Of a stretch of DNA of 64,000 bases, positions 40,750 to 53,300 are shown in pieces. The notes under the pieces were generated by a model, which was not told the DNA's origin, searched no databases, and saw only the letters and a list, made by a program, of their open reading frames with translations. Source of the DNA: Octopus sinensis (lineage: Eukaryota). Where the stretch lies: the NCBI RefSeq assembly GCF_006345805.1, contig NC_043025.1:11842001-11906000 (forward strand). Direction: 5' to 3'. Made by a program: the position numbers and the translations under genes. The stretch's first letter is position 1, and each line of letters opens with the position of its first letter.

Positions 40750-41689
40750 TTGGGGAAATTTCGAATGTTCTCATTCCTGGGGTATTTTTCGATATTATTA
40801 TTGTTATTGTTCAGGTCACTGCCTGAATCGAACTCGGAATCTTGGGGTTAGTAGCCCATGCTCTTAACCACTACGCCATATGCTGGAGTTCAATTCCAGG
40901 CACTGACCTGAATATAATAATATCAAAAAATACCTTAGGAATGAAAACCCAGGTTCCAAATTTCCCCAAGACCCCTGGTGGGGGCTGGAGGGTGTATCAG
41001 CTGAAGCGTTGTGTTAATAGCAGACAAGATGAAGATAAAGCACCGTCCGTTCGTGGCCGTTTGCCAGTTCTGTCTGGCCCCGTGTCGGTGGCACGTAAAA
41101 GCACCATCCGTTCGTGTCTGTTGCCAGCCTCGGCTGGCCCCTGTGTCGGTGGCACGTAAAAGCACCATCCGTTTGTGTTCGTTGCCAGCTCTGTCTGGCA
41201 CCTGCGCAGGTGGCACGTAAAAAAACACCCACTACACTCGCGGAGTGGTTGGCGTTAGGAAGGGCATCCAGCCGTAGAAACACTGCCAGCTCTGACTGGG
41301 CCTGACGAAGCCTTCCAGCTTCACGGACCCCAGCTGACCCGTCCAACCCATGCTAGCATGGAAAGCAGACGCTAAATGATGATGATGATGATGATGAAAA
41401 ATTAACAGCTACCTCATCCAAAATCTCATAGCTACAAGATTAATGAATGATTAGTTCAAGGCAATGTGGATAAAAAGGGATTAATTTTGGCAGAATAATG
41501 CGAACACTAAAGGGTTAACAAACATATTCCATATTGGCATGGGTTGGATGTTTTAAGCCTTTTGATACCAATGTGCCCCAAGTTCTGTAACATAAACTTA
41601 CTATTTTAACCCTTTCATGACCAACCCGGCTGAAACCGGCTCTGGCTCTGAGTACAAAACATCTTGGACTGTCAGTTAACCTTTTCGTT

Positions 41690-43795
41690 ACCACCTCTGG
41701 CTCTGTAGTACAAATGTTTTGTTTTCATAAGTTCTGAATTAAAATCTTCCACCAAACCTTAGTCACAATTTATGTTCCTAACACTAGCTGAATGATAATT
41801 AAGTTATTTTACTAAATTCTTTGTTATATTTAAAATTAATTGAAAGAAACACAGAGCATCTCAACAGAAATATGGTAACAAAAGGGTTTAAGATATATAA
41901 TAGAGAAACATTCTTAACCCTTTTGATACCAACCTGGGTTAAACCACCTCTGGCTCTGAGTACAAATGTCTTGTTTTCATAAGTTCTGAATTAAAATCTT
42001 CCACCAAACCTTAGTCACAATTTATGTTCCTAACACTAGCTGAATGATAATTAAGTTATTTTACTAAATTCTTTGTTATATTTAAAATTAATTGAAAGAA
42101 ACACAGAGCATCTCAACAGAAATATGGTAACAAAAGGGTTAAGATATATAATAGAGAAACAATTCTTAACCCTTTTGATACCAACCTGGTTGAAACCACC
42201 TCTGGCTCTGAGTACAAATGTCTTGTTTTCATAAGTTCTGAATTAAAATCTTCCACCAAACCTTAGTCACAATTTATGTTCCTAACACTAGCTGAATGAT
42301 AACTAAGTTATTTTGCTAAATTCTTTGTTATATTTAAATTAATTGAAAGAAACACGAGCATCTCAACAGAAATATGGTGGTAACAAAAGGGTTAAATGAT
42401 AATAGAGAAACAATTCTTAACCCTTTTGATACCAACTGGCTGAAACCTCTTCTGGCTCTGAGTACAAATGTTTTGTTTTCATAAGTTATGAATTAAAATC
42501 TTCCACCAAACCTTAGTCCAATTTATGTTCCTAACACTAGCTGAATGATAACTAAGTTATTTTGCTAATTCTTTGTTATATTTAAAGTAATGAAAGAATC
42601 ACAGAGCATCTCACAGAAATATGGTAACAAAAGGGTTAAAATATATAATAGAGAAACAATTCTTAACCCTTTTGATACCACCTGGCTGAAACCACCTCTG
42701 GCTCTGTACTACAATGTCTTGTTTCATAAGTTCTGAATTAAAATTTCCCCCAAACCCTTAGTCACAATTTAGTTCCTAACACTAGCTGAATGATAACTAA
42801 GTTATTTTACTAAATTCTTTGTTATATTTTAAAATTAATTGAAAGAAACACAGAGCATCTCACAGAAATATGGTAACAAAAGGGTTAAATATATAATAGA
42901 GAAACAATTCTTAACCCTTTTGATACCAACCTGGCTGAAACCACCTCTGGCTCTGTACTACAAATGTCTTGTTTTCATAAGTTCTAAATTAAAATCTCCA
43001 CCAAACCTTAGTCACAATTTATGTTCCTAACACTAGCTGAATGATAACTAAGTTATTTTACTAAATTCTTTGTTATATATAAAATTAATTGAAAGAAACA
43101 CAGAGCATCTCAACAGAAATATGGTAACAAAAGGGTTAAAATATATAATAGAGAAACAATTCTTAACCCTTTTGATACCAACCTGGCTGAAACCTCTTCT
43201 GGCTCTGAGTACAAATGTTTTGTTTTCATAAGTTATGAATTAAAATCTTCCACCAAACCTTAGTCACAATTTATGTTCCTAACACTAGCTGAATGATAAC
43301 TAAGTTATTTTGCTAAATTCTTTGTTATATTTAAAATTAATTGAAAGAAACACAGAGCATCTCAACAGAAATATGGTAACAAAAGGGTTAAGATATATAA
43401 TAGAATCAATTCTTAACCCTTTTGATACCAACCTGGCTGAAACCTCTTCTGGCTCTGTAGTATAAATGTCTTGTTTTCATAAGTTTTGAATTAAAATCTT
43501 CCACCAAACCTTAGTCACAATTTATGTTCCTAACACTAGCTGAATGATAACTAAGTTATTTTACTAATTCTTTGTTATATTTAAATTAATTGAAAGAAAC
43601 ACCAGAGCATCTCAACAAATATGGTAACAAAAGGGTTAAAATATATAATAGAGAAACAATTCTTAACCCTTTTGATACCAACCTGGTTGAAACCACCTCT
43701 GGCTCTGAGTACAAATGTTTTGTTTTCATAAGTTATGAATTAAAATCTTCCAAACCTTAGTCACAATTTATGTTCCTAACACTAGCTTAATGATA
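41690..43795. repeat. Tandem array (about 250-bp period, about 8.5 copies) of a piggyBac-type TTAA MITE plus 25-bp spacer
   Basis: Each unit TTAA-CCCTTTTGATACCA...TGGTAACAAAAGGG-TTAA followed by GATATATAATAGAGAAACAATTC. Confidence 0.85.
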
Positions 43796-44770
43796 ACTAT
43801 TATAATCCCTTACAGAACCTTTTCTCCAAATTTTAAACCCCGAAAATTAGGGTTTTCCTTATACACGAGGGTTCCTTATACACGTTAAAATACAGTCACC
43901 GTGACCGACCAGGATATCGGATGTTGCCACACATCGCCGGTCATTTAGCCTTCAAATGACGCCACCCCGCCAACTAAGCGAGCAGGCCAACAGAAGAAAG
44001 AGTGAAAGAAAGTTGTGGTGAAAGAGTACAGCAGGGATCGCCACCATCCCCTGCTGGAGCCTCGTGAGGCTTTAGGTGTTTTTTTGCTCAATAAACACTC
44101 ACAATGCCTGGTCTGGGAATCGAAAACCGCGATCCTACGACCGCGAGTCCGCTGCCCTAACCACTGGGCCATTGCGCCTCCACTAAAATACAGTAATAAT
44201 GATAAACAATCCCGTATGTAGAGACATCCTATTTGCCGCAGATTGTCCGCAGACGCAGGGGCAGAACGACCGAGGGGCCGCCAGTTGCCGAAACAGACAC
44301 TCCGAGGATTTTCACCAGTATACTCTTTACTCTTTTACTTGTTTCAGTCATTTGACTGCAGCCATGCTGGAGCACCGCCTTTAATCAAGCAACTCGACCC
44401 CGGGACTTATTCTTTTGTAAGCCCAGTACTTATTCTAACGGTCTCTTTTGCCGAACCGCTAAGTGACGGGGACATAAACACACCGGCATCGGTTGTCAAG
44501 CAATGCTAGGGGTACAAACACAGACGCACAAACACACGCATATATATATATATATAGACATATATACGACGGGCTTCTTTCAGTTTCCGTCTACCAAATC
44601 TACTCACAAGGCTTTGGTCGGCCCGAGGCTATTGGTAGAAGACACTTGCCCAAGGTGCCACGCAGTGGGACTGTACCCGAACAATGTGGTAAAGAAGACT
44701 AGAAGCTACTTACCACACAGCCACTCCTGCGCCTATAAGTATAAGTATAAAACCAGAAGGTAATACTCAC

Positions 44771-44945
44771 CAATGATTGATATAGTGAAATAATTGGTAA
44801 AGCCTTTCACGGAGCTTAAATTTGGAAGACCTGGGAATTATTTCATGATAACTGTCAAAGAAGGACCTTGGGAATCCGCCAAACATCTTTGAGATGGAGA
44901 ATTCAAATTCTGAGTGTCCGTAGAATGAAGCTGGATCGAATATAA
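44771..44945 (-). CDS. FN3K: Fructosamine-3-kinase (FN3K/FN3KRP)-like penultimate exon
   Basis: tttcag/gtgagt on minus; [37 protein letters not shown]...[10 protein letters not shown](W) matches the FN3K-family C-terminus ([15 protein letters not shown], LYQLFxYxNHW); phase 1-2. FN3K versus FN3KRP not resolved. Confidence 0.92.
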
Positions 44946-45759
44946 CTGAAACGGACAGAGAAGAGGCTGTTAGGTGAGTCAAGGTTTCAAGCCCATCTAT
45001 CTGCATTTATCACACGTGTGTGTGCTTTTTACTTGTTTCAGTCGTTGGACTGCGGCCGTGCTGTAGCACCGCCTTTTAGTCGAGCAAATTGACCCCCGGG
45101 ACTTGTTCTTTGTGAGCCTAGTACTTATTTGTATCGGTCTCTTTTTGCCGAACCACTAAGTTACGGGGACGTAAACACACCAGCATCGGTTGTCGAGCGA
45201 TGTTGGGGGGACAAACACAGACACACAAACACACACACATATATATATGTATATATGTATGTATAGATATATATATATGTATATATGTATGTATAATATA
45301 TATATATATATGTATGTATAATAGGTGTATATATATATATGTGTGTGTATGTATGTATATGTGTATGTATGTATGTATATATATATGTATGTATGTATAT
45401 GTGTATGTATGTATGTATATATATATATGTATTGTATGTATATGTGTATGTATGTATGTATATATATATATGTATGCATGTCTATATGTAAGTATATATG
45501 TATGTATGTTCATCATCATCAACTTCGTTTAGCATCGCTTTCCATGCCAGCATGGGTTATATATATGTATGTATATTATAAGTATATATATATGTATGTG
45601 TATATATAAGTATATATATATGTTATGGTGTGTGTATATTATGTATGTGTATATATATATATATGTATGTGTGTATATATATATATTATATATATATGTA
45701 TGTGTGTATATATATATATATGTATGTGTGTATATATATATATATATATATGTATGTGT

Positions 45760-45859
45760 NNNNNNNNNNNNNNNNNNNNNNNNNNNNNNNNNNNNNNNNN
45801 NNNNNNNNNNNNNNNNNNNNNNNNNNNNNNNNNNNNNNNNNNNNNNNNNNNNNNNNNNN
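45760..45859. other. Assembly gap, 100 N, true size unknown
   Basis: Exactly 100 N next to a TA/TG microsatellite. Confidence 0.99.
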
Positions 45860-46136
45860 GCACCTTGGGCAAGTGTCTTCTACTATAGGCCCGGACCGAC
45901 AATGCCTTGTGAGTGGATTTGGTAGATGGAAACTGAGGGAAGCCCGTGTTATATATATATATGCAGGAGTGGCTGTGTGGTAAGTAGCTTGTTTACCATG
46001 GTTCTGGGTTCAGTCCCACTGCGTGGCACCTTGGGCAAGTGTCTTCTACTATAGCCCCGGACCGACCAATGCCTTGTGAGTGGATTTGGTAGATGGAAAC
46101 TGAAAGAAGCCCGTCGTATATATGTATATGTATATA

Positions 46137-46167
<31 letters not shown>

Positions 46168-47142
46168 CTTTATACATAAAAGTCAAGTTGTGTGCTGTCT
46201 GTCTCCTACGATTTAGATTCCTAACTACTCCCACATTTTGCGGTGCAGTTTAACCAAAAGCAGGTATCTTATAGTCGTGATTCATATTGAGCCCTTCTGG
46301 GTATTAGAGCGCATCTACAATGAGTCTATGATTTAAAAAAAAATTTACCATCATTTTTTCACATTTTTAATGCATTTTTTTTGCTATTATATAAGGGAAG
46401 TAACACTCTAAAAATGCTTATATAGTTATTTACCTTACAAACCCGAGCAACGCCGGGCAATACTACTAGTATATATATATATCAACATAGTTTTCTTCTA
46501 CTTTAGCTTGGAGGCCAACCAAAACCATTGTGAGTGGATTTGGTAAATGGAAATATAGAAGCTCAGTGTATCATCACCATCATCATCGTTTAACATCTGC
46601 TTTCTATGCTGGCATGGGTTGGACGGTTTGAGTGAAGTCTGGAAAGCTAACGGCTGCACCAGGCTTCAATCTTGATCTGGCAGAGTTTCTACAGCTGGAT
46701 GCCCTTCCTAACACCAACCACTCCGAGAGTGTAGTTGGTGCTTTCTATGTGCCACTGGCACGGGGGCCAGTCAGGCGGCACTGCCAATGACCTCGCTCAA
46801 ATCTTTTACACATGCCACCGGCGCGGGTGCCAGTAAGGCGATGCTGGTAACAATACAGATGTTAATTGCACAAGCAGAGTCTTCAAATTGATCAGATCAA
46901 CTGGATCGCTCATCGTTGTAACCGATGGAATGCCATATATATAATGTCATGTTAATAAAATCCATTAAAGTGTCTGCGATAGGCACAGGAGTGGCTGTGT
47001 CGTAAGTAGCTTGCTTACCAACCACATGGTCCGGGTTCAGTCCCACTGCATGGCATCTTGGGCAAGTGTCTTCTGCTATAGCCCCGGGCCGACCATGCCT
47101 TGTGAGTGGATTTGGTAGAGGAAACTGAAAGAAGCTGTCATA

Positions 47143-47191
<49 letters not shown>

Positions 47192-47819
47192 ATATATAAT
47201 ATATCTATATATATAATATATAGGTGCAGGAGTGGCTGTGTGGTAAGTAGCTTGCTTACCAACCACATGGTTCCAGGTTCAGTCCCACTGCGTGGTATCT
47301 TGGGCAAGTGTCTTCTGCTATAGCCTCGGGCCGACCAAAGCTTGAGAGTGGATTTGGTAGACGGAAACTGAAAGAAGCTCCTCGAATATATATATATATA
47401 TATATGCGTGTGTGTTTGTGTGTTGTGTTTGTCCTTCTAGCATTGCTTGACAACTGATGCTGGTGTGTTTATGTCCCCCGTCACTTAGCGGTTCGGCAAA
47501 AAGAGATCCGATAGAATAAGTACTGGGCTTACAAAAAGAATAAGTCCCGGGGTCGAGTTGCTCGACTAAAGGCAGTGCTGCAGCATGGCCGCAAGTCAAA
47601 TGACTGAAACAAGTAAAAGAGTAAAAAGGAGATGTGTGCAAAGATGAGTAATACTGAGAGGCTGAGCAAAAGCTGAGCATAGAAAGCAAAAGAAGATCAA
47701 AGGTTTTGTTTTTTGAGCTAAGATGTGCAGAAGTGATGGCAGTGGTAGAGATATGCACAGCACAGGAGAATTTGCAGGTCTATACAACCCATGTTACTAT
47801 GAACAGGCAGGTGGTTAAA

Positions 47820-47854
<35 letters not shown>

Positions 47855-47904
47855 TCTGTGGCAAGCAACAGGTGTAAAAGGTGGAAGCTCCTTACTACAC
47901 TTAC

Positions 47905-47925
47905 CTTTTAAATCTTCATCATCAG
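47905..47925 (-). CDS. Candidate 21-nt symmetric phase-1 microexon (xDDEDLKx), host gene uncertain
   Basis: ttgctctctttccag|CTGATGATGAAGATTTAAAAG|gtaagt: strong acceptor and donor; only phase 1 is open. Confidence 0.4.
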
Positions 47926-48705
47926 CTGGAAAGAGAGCAACCGAATTTGAGGACAACGCTTCATAAGATCTCCAGAACATCATAGTTAGATCAATGGCTT
48001 ATCATTTGGATATTCTGGGGTTTTCAGTGACACAGGTTAAGCTACACTAGCACTATGACCGGGCAACGCCGGGTTATAGTGCTAGTGCATGCATATACAG
48101 CTGGGTGCGTGCGCACATACACGCGAGTACTGTCCAAAGATGTGCACGACCACTCTTGGACGGTTTTGAATGACCATAGAAAGTGCGAGCCCGCTAACTG
48201 AAAAATTGTGGATTTGTATAAAGGACACACACACAAACATTTTGCTATTTAGATCATTAGCTCCTACACGCATTTTTTTTTCTCGCCTTGTTTCTCTCCA
48301 TGTTTCTTTTCTGTGTATCTTTCTGTTGAAGAGCGTAGGCTCGAAATGTAAAAGACTTGTTCTATTTCTATTCCTGAGCGCCATACTAATACATTTGTTT
48401 GTTTGTACTCCACCTGCCTTCATCTTTTGTTTATTTTCGTAAACCTTCCCGTTATATATATATAATATTAATTAGAGACAAAACCACTATTATGCAAATC
48501 AAACAAAGAAAAATTTTTATATGAATTAAATAAAATTAAGTTATCCACTACATTATGTATTGGATTAAGTCTTTCTTTATTTGTTTTGCAAAATAGTGGT
48601 TTTGTCTCTAATTAATATTATATAATATTTTACTATAAAATTGGATTCAATCCTAAATCTGATTTTTCCCTGTAAATTTGGATTTATTCCCTAATATTTA
48701 TTATT

Positions 48706-48736
<31 letters not shown>

Positions 48737-48750
48737 TATGTATATATATA

Positions 48751-48927
48751 TGTATAGAGAGAGAGAAGGATAGACAGATATATCTATCTATCTATATATA
48801 TATAAAATATGGATAAGAGATAAAACCACTATTAGGCAACTCAAACAGTGATAGACATAAACCAATACAGAAATAACAAATAATATTAATATAATATATA
48901 TATATATAATATATATATATATATATA

Positions 48928-48959
<32 letters not shown>

Positions 48960-49448
48960 GCACTATGATCCGACAATGCCAGGTCATACTGCTACTGCAT
49001 GCATATACAGCTGCGTGCGTGCGCACATACACATGAGTACTGTCCAAATCTCCGACCAATCACATACAGCTAGCTGGCATTCAATTGGTGTATCAAGTTT
49101 CGGGCATTTTCATTGGGTTTTGGATAGAAAATTCCACAAAAAAAGTCACTTCTATTGATTTTTTAATGGCTTTGCGGGGTGACTTGTAAGAGAGACAAGA
49201 AGTCTTAACTCATGTCTTTATATACTCTTTTACTTATTTCAGTTATTTGACTGTGGCCATGCTGGAGCACTGCCTTTAGTCAAGCAAATCGACCCCAGGA
49301 CTTATTCTTTCTAAGCCTAGTACTTATTCTATCGGTCTCTTTTGCCAAACCGCTAAGTTACAGGGACGTAAACACACCGCCATCGGTTGTCAAGCGATGT
49401 TGGTGGGACAAACACTTACATACATATATATGTGTGTATATATATATA

Positions 49449-49495
<47 letters not shown>

Positions 49496-49633
49496 AGAGA
49501 GAGAGAAGGATAGACAGATATATCTATCTATCTATATATATATAAAATATGGATAAGAGATAAAACCACTATTAGGCAACTCAAACAGTGATAGACATAA
49601 ACCAATACAGAAATAACAAATAATATTAATATA

Positions 49634-49676
<43 letters not shown>

Positions 49677-50180
49677 ATATATATATATATACACACACTA
49701 GCACTATGATCCGACAATGCCGGGTCATACTGCTAGTCAATGCATATACAGCTGCGTGCGTGCGCACATACACATGAGTACTGTCCAAATCTCCGACCAA
49801 TCACATACAGCTAGCTGGCATTCAATTGGTGTATCAAGTTTCGGGCATTTTGATTGGGTTTTGGATAGAAAATTCACAAAAAAAGTCACTTCTATTGATT
49901 TTTTAATGGCTTTGCAGGGTGACTTGTAAGAGAGACAAGAAGTCTTAACTCATGTCTTTATATACTCTTTTACTTATTTCAGTTATTTGACTGTGGCCAT
50001 GCTGGAGCACTGCCTTTAGTCAAGCAAATCGACCCCAGGACTTATTCTTTCTAAGCCTAGTACTTATTCTATCGGTCACTTTTGCCAAACCGCTAAGTTA
50101 CAGGGACGTAAACACACCGCCATCGGTTGTCAAGCGATGTTGGTGGGACAAACACTTACATACATATATATGTGTGTATA
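48751..50180. repeat. 740-bp direct tandem duplication bounded by (TA)n
   Basis: tgtatagagagagagaaggatag at 48751 and 49491. Confidence 0.9.
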
Positions 50181-50182
50181 TA

Positions 50183-50227
<45 letters not shown>

Positions 50228-50232
50228 ATATA

Positions 50233-50265
<33 letters not shown>

Positions 50266-50274
50266 GTGTATATA

Positions 50275-50313
<39 letters not shown>

Positions 50314-50318
<5 letters not shown>

Positions 50319-53300
50319 AAGAAGGGTAGTAATATTATTTACTACCAGGTGCCCAGCACAAAAGACGAATTAGTCATAAGACAAAAATATTATTCATATA
50401 GAAAAATATTATTCATGTAGTTATACAATTAAGGGCTCCTAAATAAAGATGCCGAGTGCTGGGAACATAAAAAGGGGATGAATTTATCGAGAGTGAAAAT
50501 CAAAAACGTTTACCGATAACTTTAACAACTCGTACCGCGGTTTCTGCTTCTTTCTAGCAAAACACAGAATATGTTTGCTAAGGCCAGCTTCATCAGCGAG
50601 TCGCCTGAATTTAATCGAGGTCTGCAGCGATGTGGGACTATATGTTACATCCGACTACTAGCAGATCTTAACTTTTCAAATCTCTGCGCAGACGCAAAAT
50701 TTACACGGGCATGCCGGGAAGAATTTTACGAATAAATTCATCATGTAGTATGCGAATATAAACAAGAAGGGTAGTAATATTATTTACTACCAGGTGCCCA
50801 GCACAAAAGACGAATTAGTCATAAGACAAAAATATTATTCATATAGAAAAATATTATTCATGTAGTTATACAATAAGGGCTCCTAAATAAAGATGCCGAG
50901 TGCTGGGAACATAAAAAGGGGATGAATTTATCGAGAGTGAAAATCAAAAACGTTTACCGATAACTTTAACAACTCGTACCGCGGTTTCTGCTTCTTTCTA
51001 GCAAAACACAGAATATGTTTGCTAAGGCCAGCTTCATCAGCGAGTCGCCTGAATTTAATCGAGGTCTGCAGCGATGTGGGACTATATGTTACATCCGACT
51101 ACTAGCAGATCTTAACTTTTCAAATCTCTGCGCAGACGCAAAATTTACACGGGCATGCCGGGAAGAATTTTACGAATAAATTCATCATGTAGTATGCGAA
51201 TATAAACAAGAAGGGTAGTAATATTATTTACTACCAGGTGCCCAGCACAAAAGACGAATTAGTCATAAGACAAAAATATTATTCATATAGAAAATATTAT
51301 TCATGTAGTTATACAATTAAGGGCTCCTAAATAAAGATGCCGAGTGCTGGGAACATAAAAAGGGGATGAATTTATCGAGAGTGAAAATCAAAAACGTTTA
51401 CCGATAACTTTAACAACTCGTACCGCGGTTTCTGCTTCTTTCTAGCAAAACACAGAATATGTTTGCTAAGGCCAGCTTCATCAGCGAGTCGCCTGAATTT
51501 AATCGAGGTAAACCGTGTAAATTTTGCGTCTGCGCAGAGATTTGAAAAGTTAAGATCTGCTAGTAGTCGGATGTAACATATAGTCCCACATCACTGCAGA
51601 CCTCGATTAAATTCAGGCGACTCGCTGATGAAGCTGGCCTTAGCAAACATATTCTGTGTTTTGCTAGAAAGAAGCAGAACCGCGGTACGAGTTGTTAAAG
51701 TTATCGGTAAACGTTTTTGATTTTCACTCTCGATAAATTCATCCCCTTTTTATGTTCCCAGCACTCGGCATCTTTATTTAGGAGCCCTTAATTGTATACT
51801 ACATGAATAATATTTTTCTATATGAATAATATTTTTGTCTTATGACTAATTCGTCTTTTGTGCTGGGCACCTGGTAGTAAATAATATTACTACCCTTCTT
51901 GTTTATATTCGCATACTACATGATGAATTTATTCGTAAAATTCTTCCCGGCATGCCCGTGTAAATTTTGCGTCTGCGCAGAGATTTGAAAAGTTAAGATC
52001 TGCTAGTAGTCGGATGTAACATATAGTCCCACATCGCTGCAGACCTCGATTAAATTCAGGCGACTCGCTGATGAAGCTGGCCTTAGCAAACATATTCTGT
52101 GTTTTGCTAGAAAGAAGCAGAAACCGCGGTACGAGTTGTTAAAGTTATCGGTAAACGTTTTTGATTTTCACTCTCGATAAATTCATCCCCTTTTTATGTT
52201 CCCAGCACTCGGCAACTTTATTTAGGAGCCCTTAATTGTATAACTACATGAATAATATTTTTCTATATGAATAATATTTTTGTCTTATGACTAATTCGTC
52301 TTTTGTGCTGGGCACCTGGTAGTAAATAATATTACTACCCTTCTTGTTTATATTCGCATACTACATGATGAATTTATTCGTAAAATTCTTCCGGCATGCC
52401 CGTGTAAATTTTGCGTCTGCGCAGAGATTTGAAAAGTTAAGATCTGCTAGTAGTCGGATGTAACATATAGTCCCACATCGCTGCAGACCTCGATTAAATT
52501 CAGGCGACTCGCTGATGAAGCTGGCCTTAGCAACATATTCTGTGTTTTGCTAGAAAGAAGCAGAAACCGCGGTACGAGTTGTTAAAGTTATCGGTAAACG
52601 TTTTTGATTTTCACTCTCGATAAATTCATCCCCTTTTTATGTTCCCAGCACTCGGCATCTTTATTTAGGAGCCCTTAATTGTATAACTACATGAATAATA
52701 TTTTTCTATATGAATAATATTTTTGTCTTATGACTAATTCGTCTTTTGTGCTGGGCACCTGGTAGTAAATAATATTACTACCCTTCTTGTTTATATTCGC
52801 ATACTACATGATGAATTTATTCGTAAAATTCTTCCCGGCATGCCCGTGTAAATTTTGCGTCTGCGCAGAGATTTGAAAAGTTAAGATCTGCTAGTAGTCG
52901 GATGTAACATATAGTCCCACATCGCTGCAGACCTCGATTAAATTCAGGCGACTCGCTGATGAAGCTGGCCTTAGCAAACATATTCTGTGTTTTGCTAGAA
53001 AGAAGCAGAAACCGCGGTACGAGTTGTTAAAGTTATCGGTAAACGTTTTTGATTTTCACTCTCGATAAATTCATCCCCTTTTTATGTTCCCAGCACTCAG
53101 CACTCGGCATCTTATTTAGGAGCCCTTAATTGTATAACTACATGAATAATATTTTTCTATATGAATATATTTTTGTCTTATGACTAATTCGTCTTTTGTG
53201 CTGGGCACCTGGTAGTAAATAATATTACTACCCTTCTTGTTTATATTCGCATACTACATGATGAATTTATTCGTAAAATTCTTCCCGCATGCCCGTGTAA

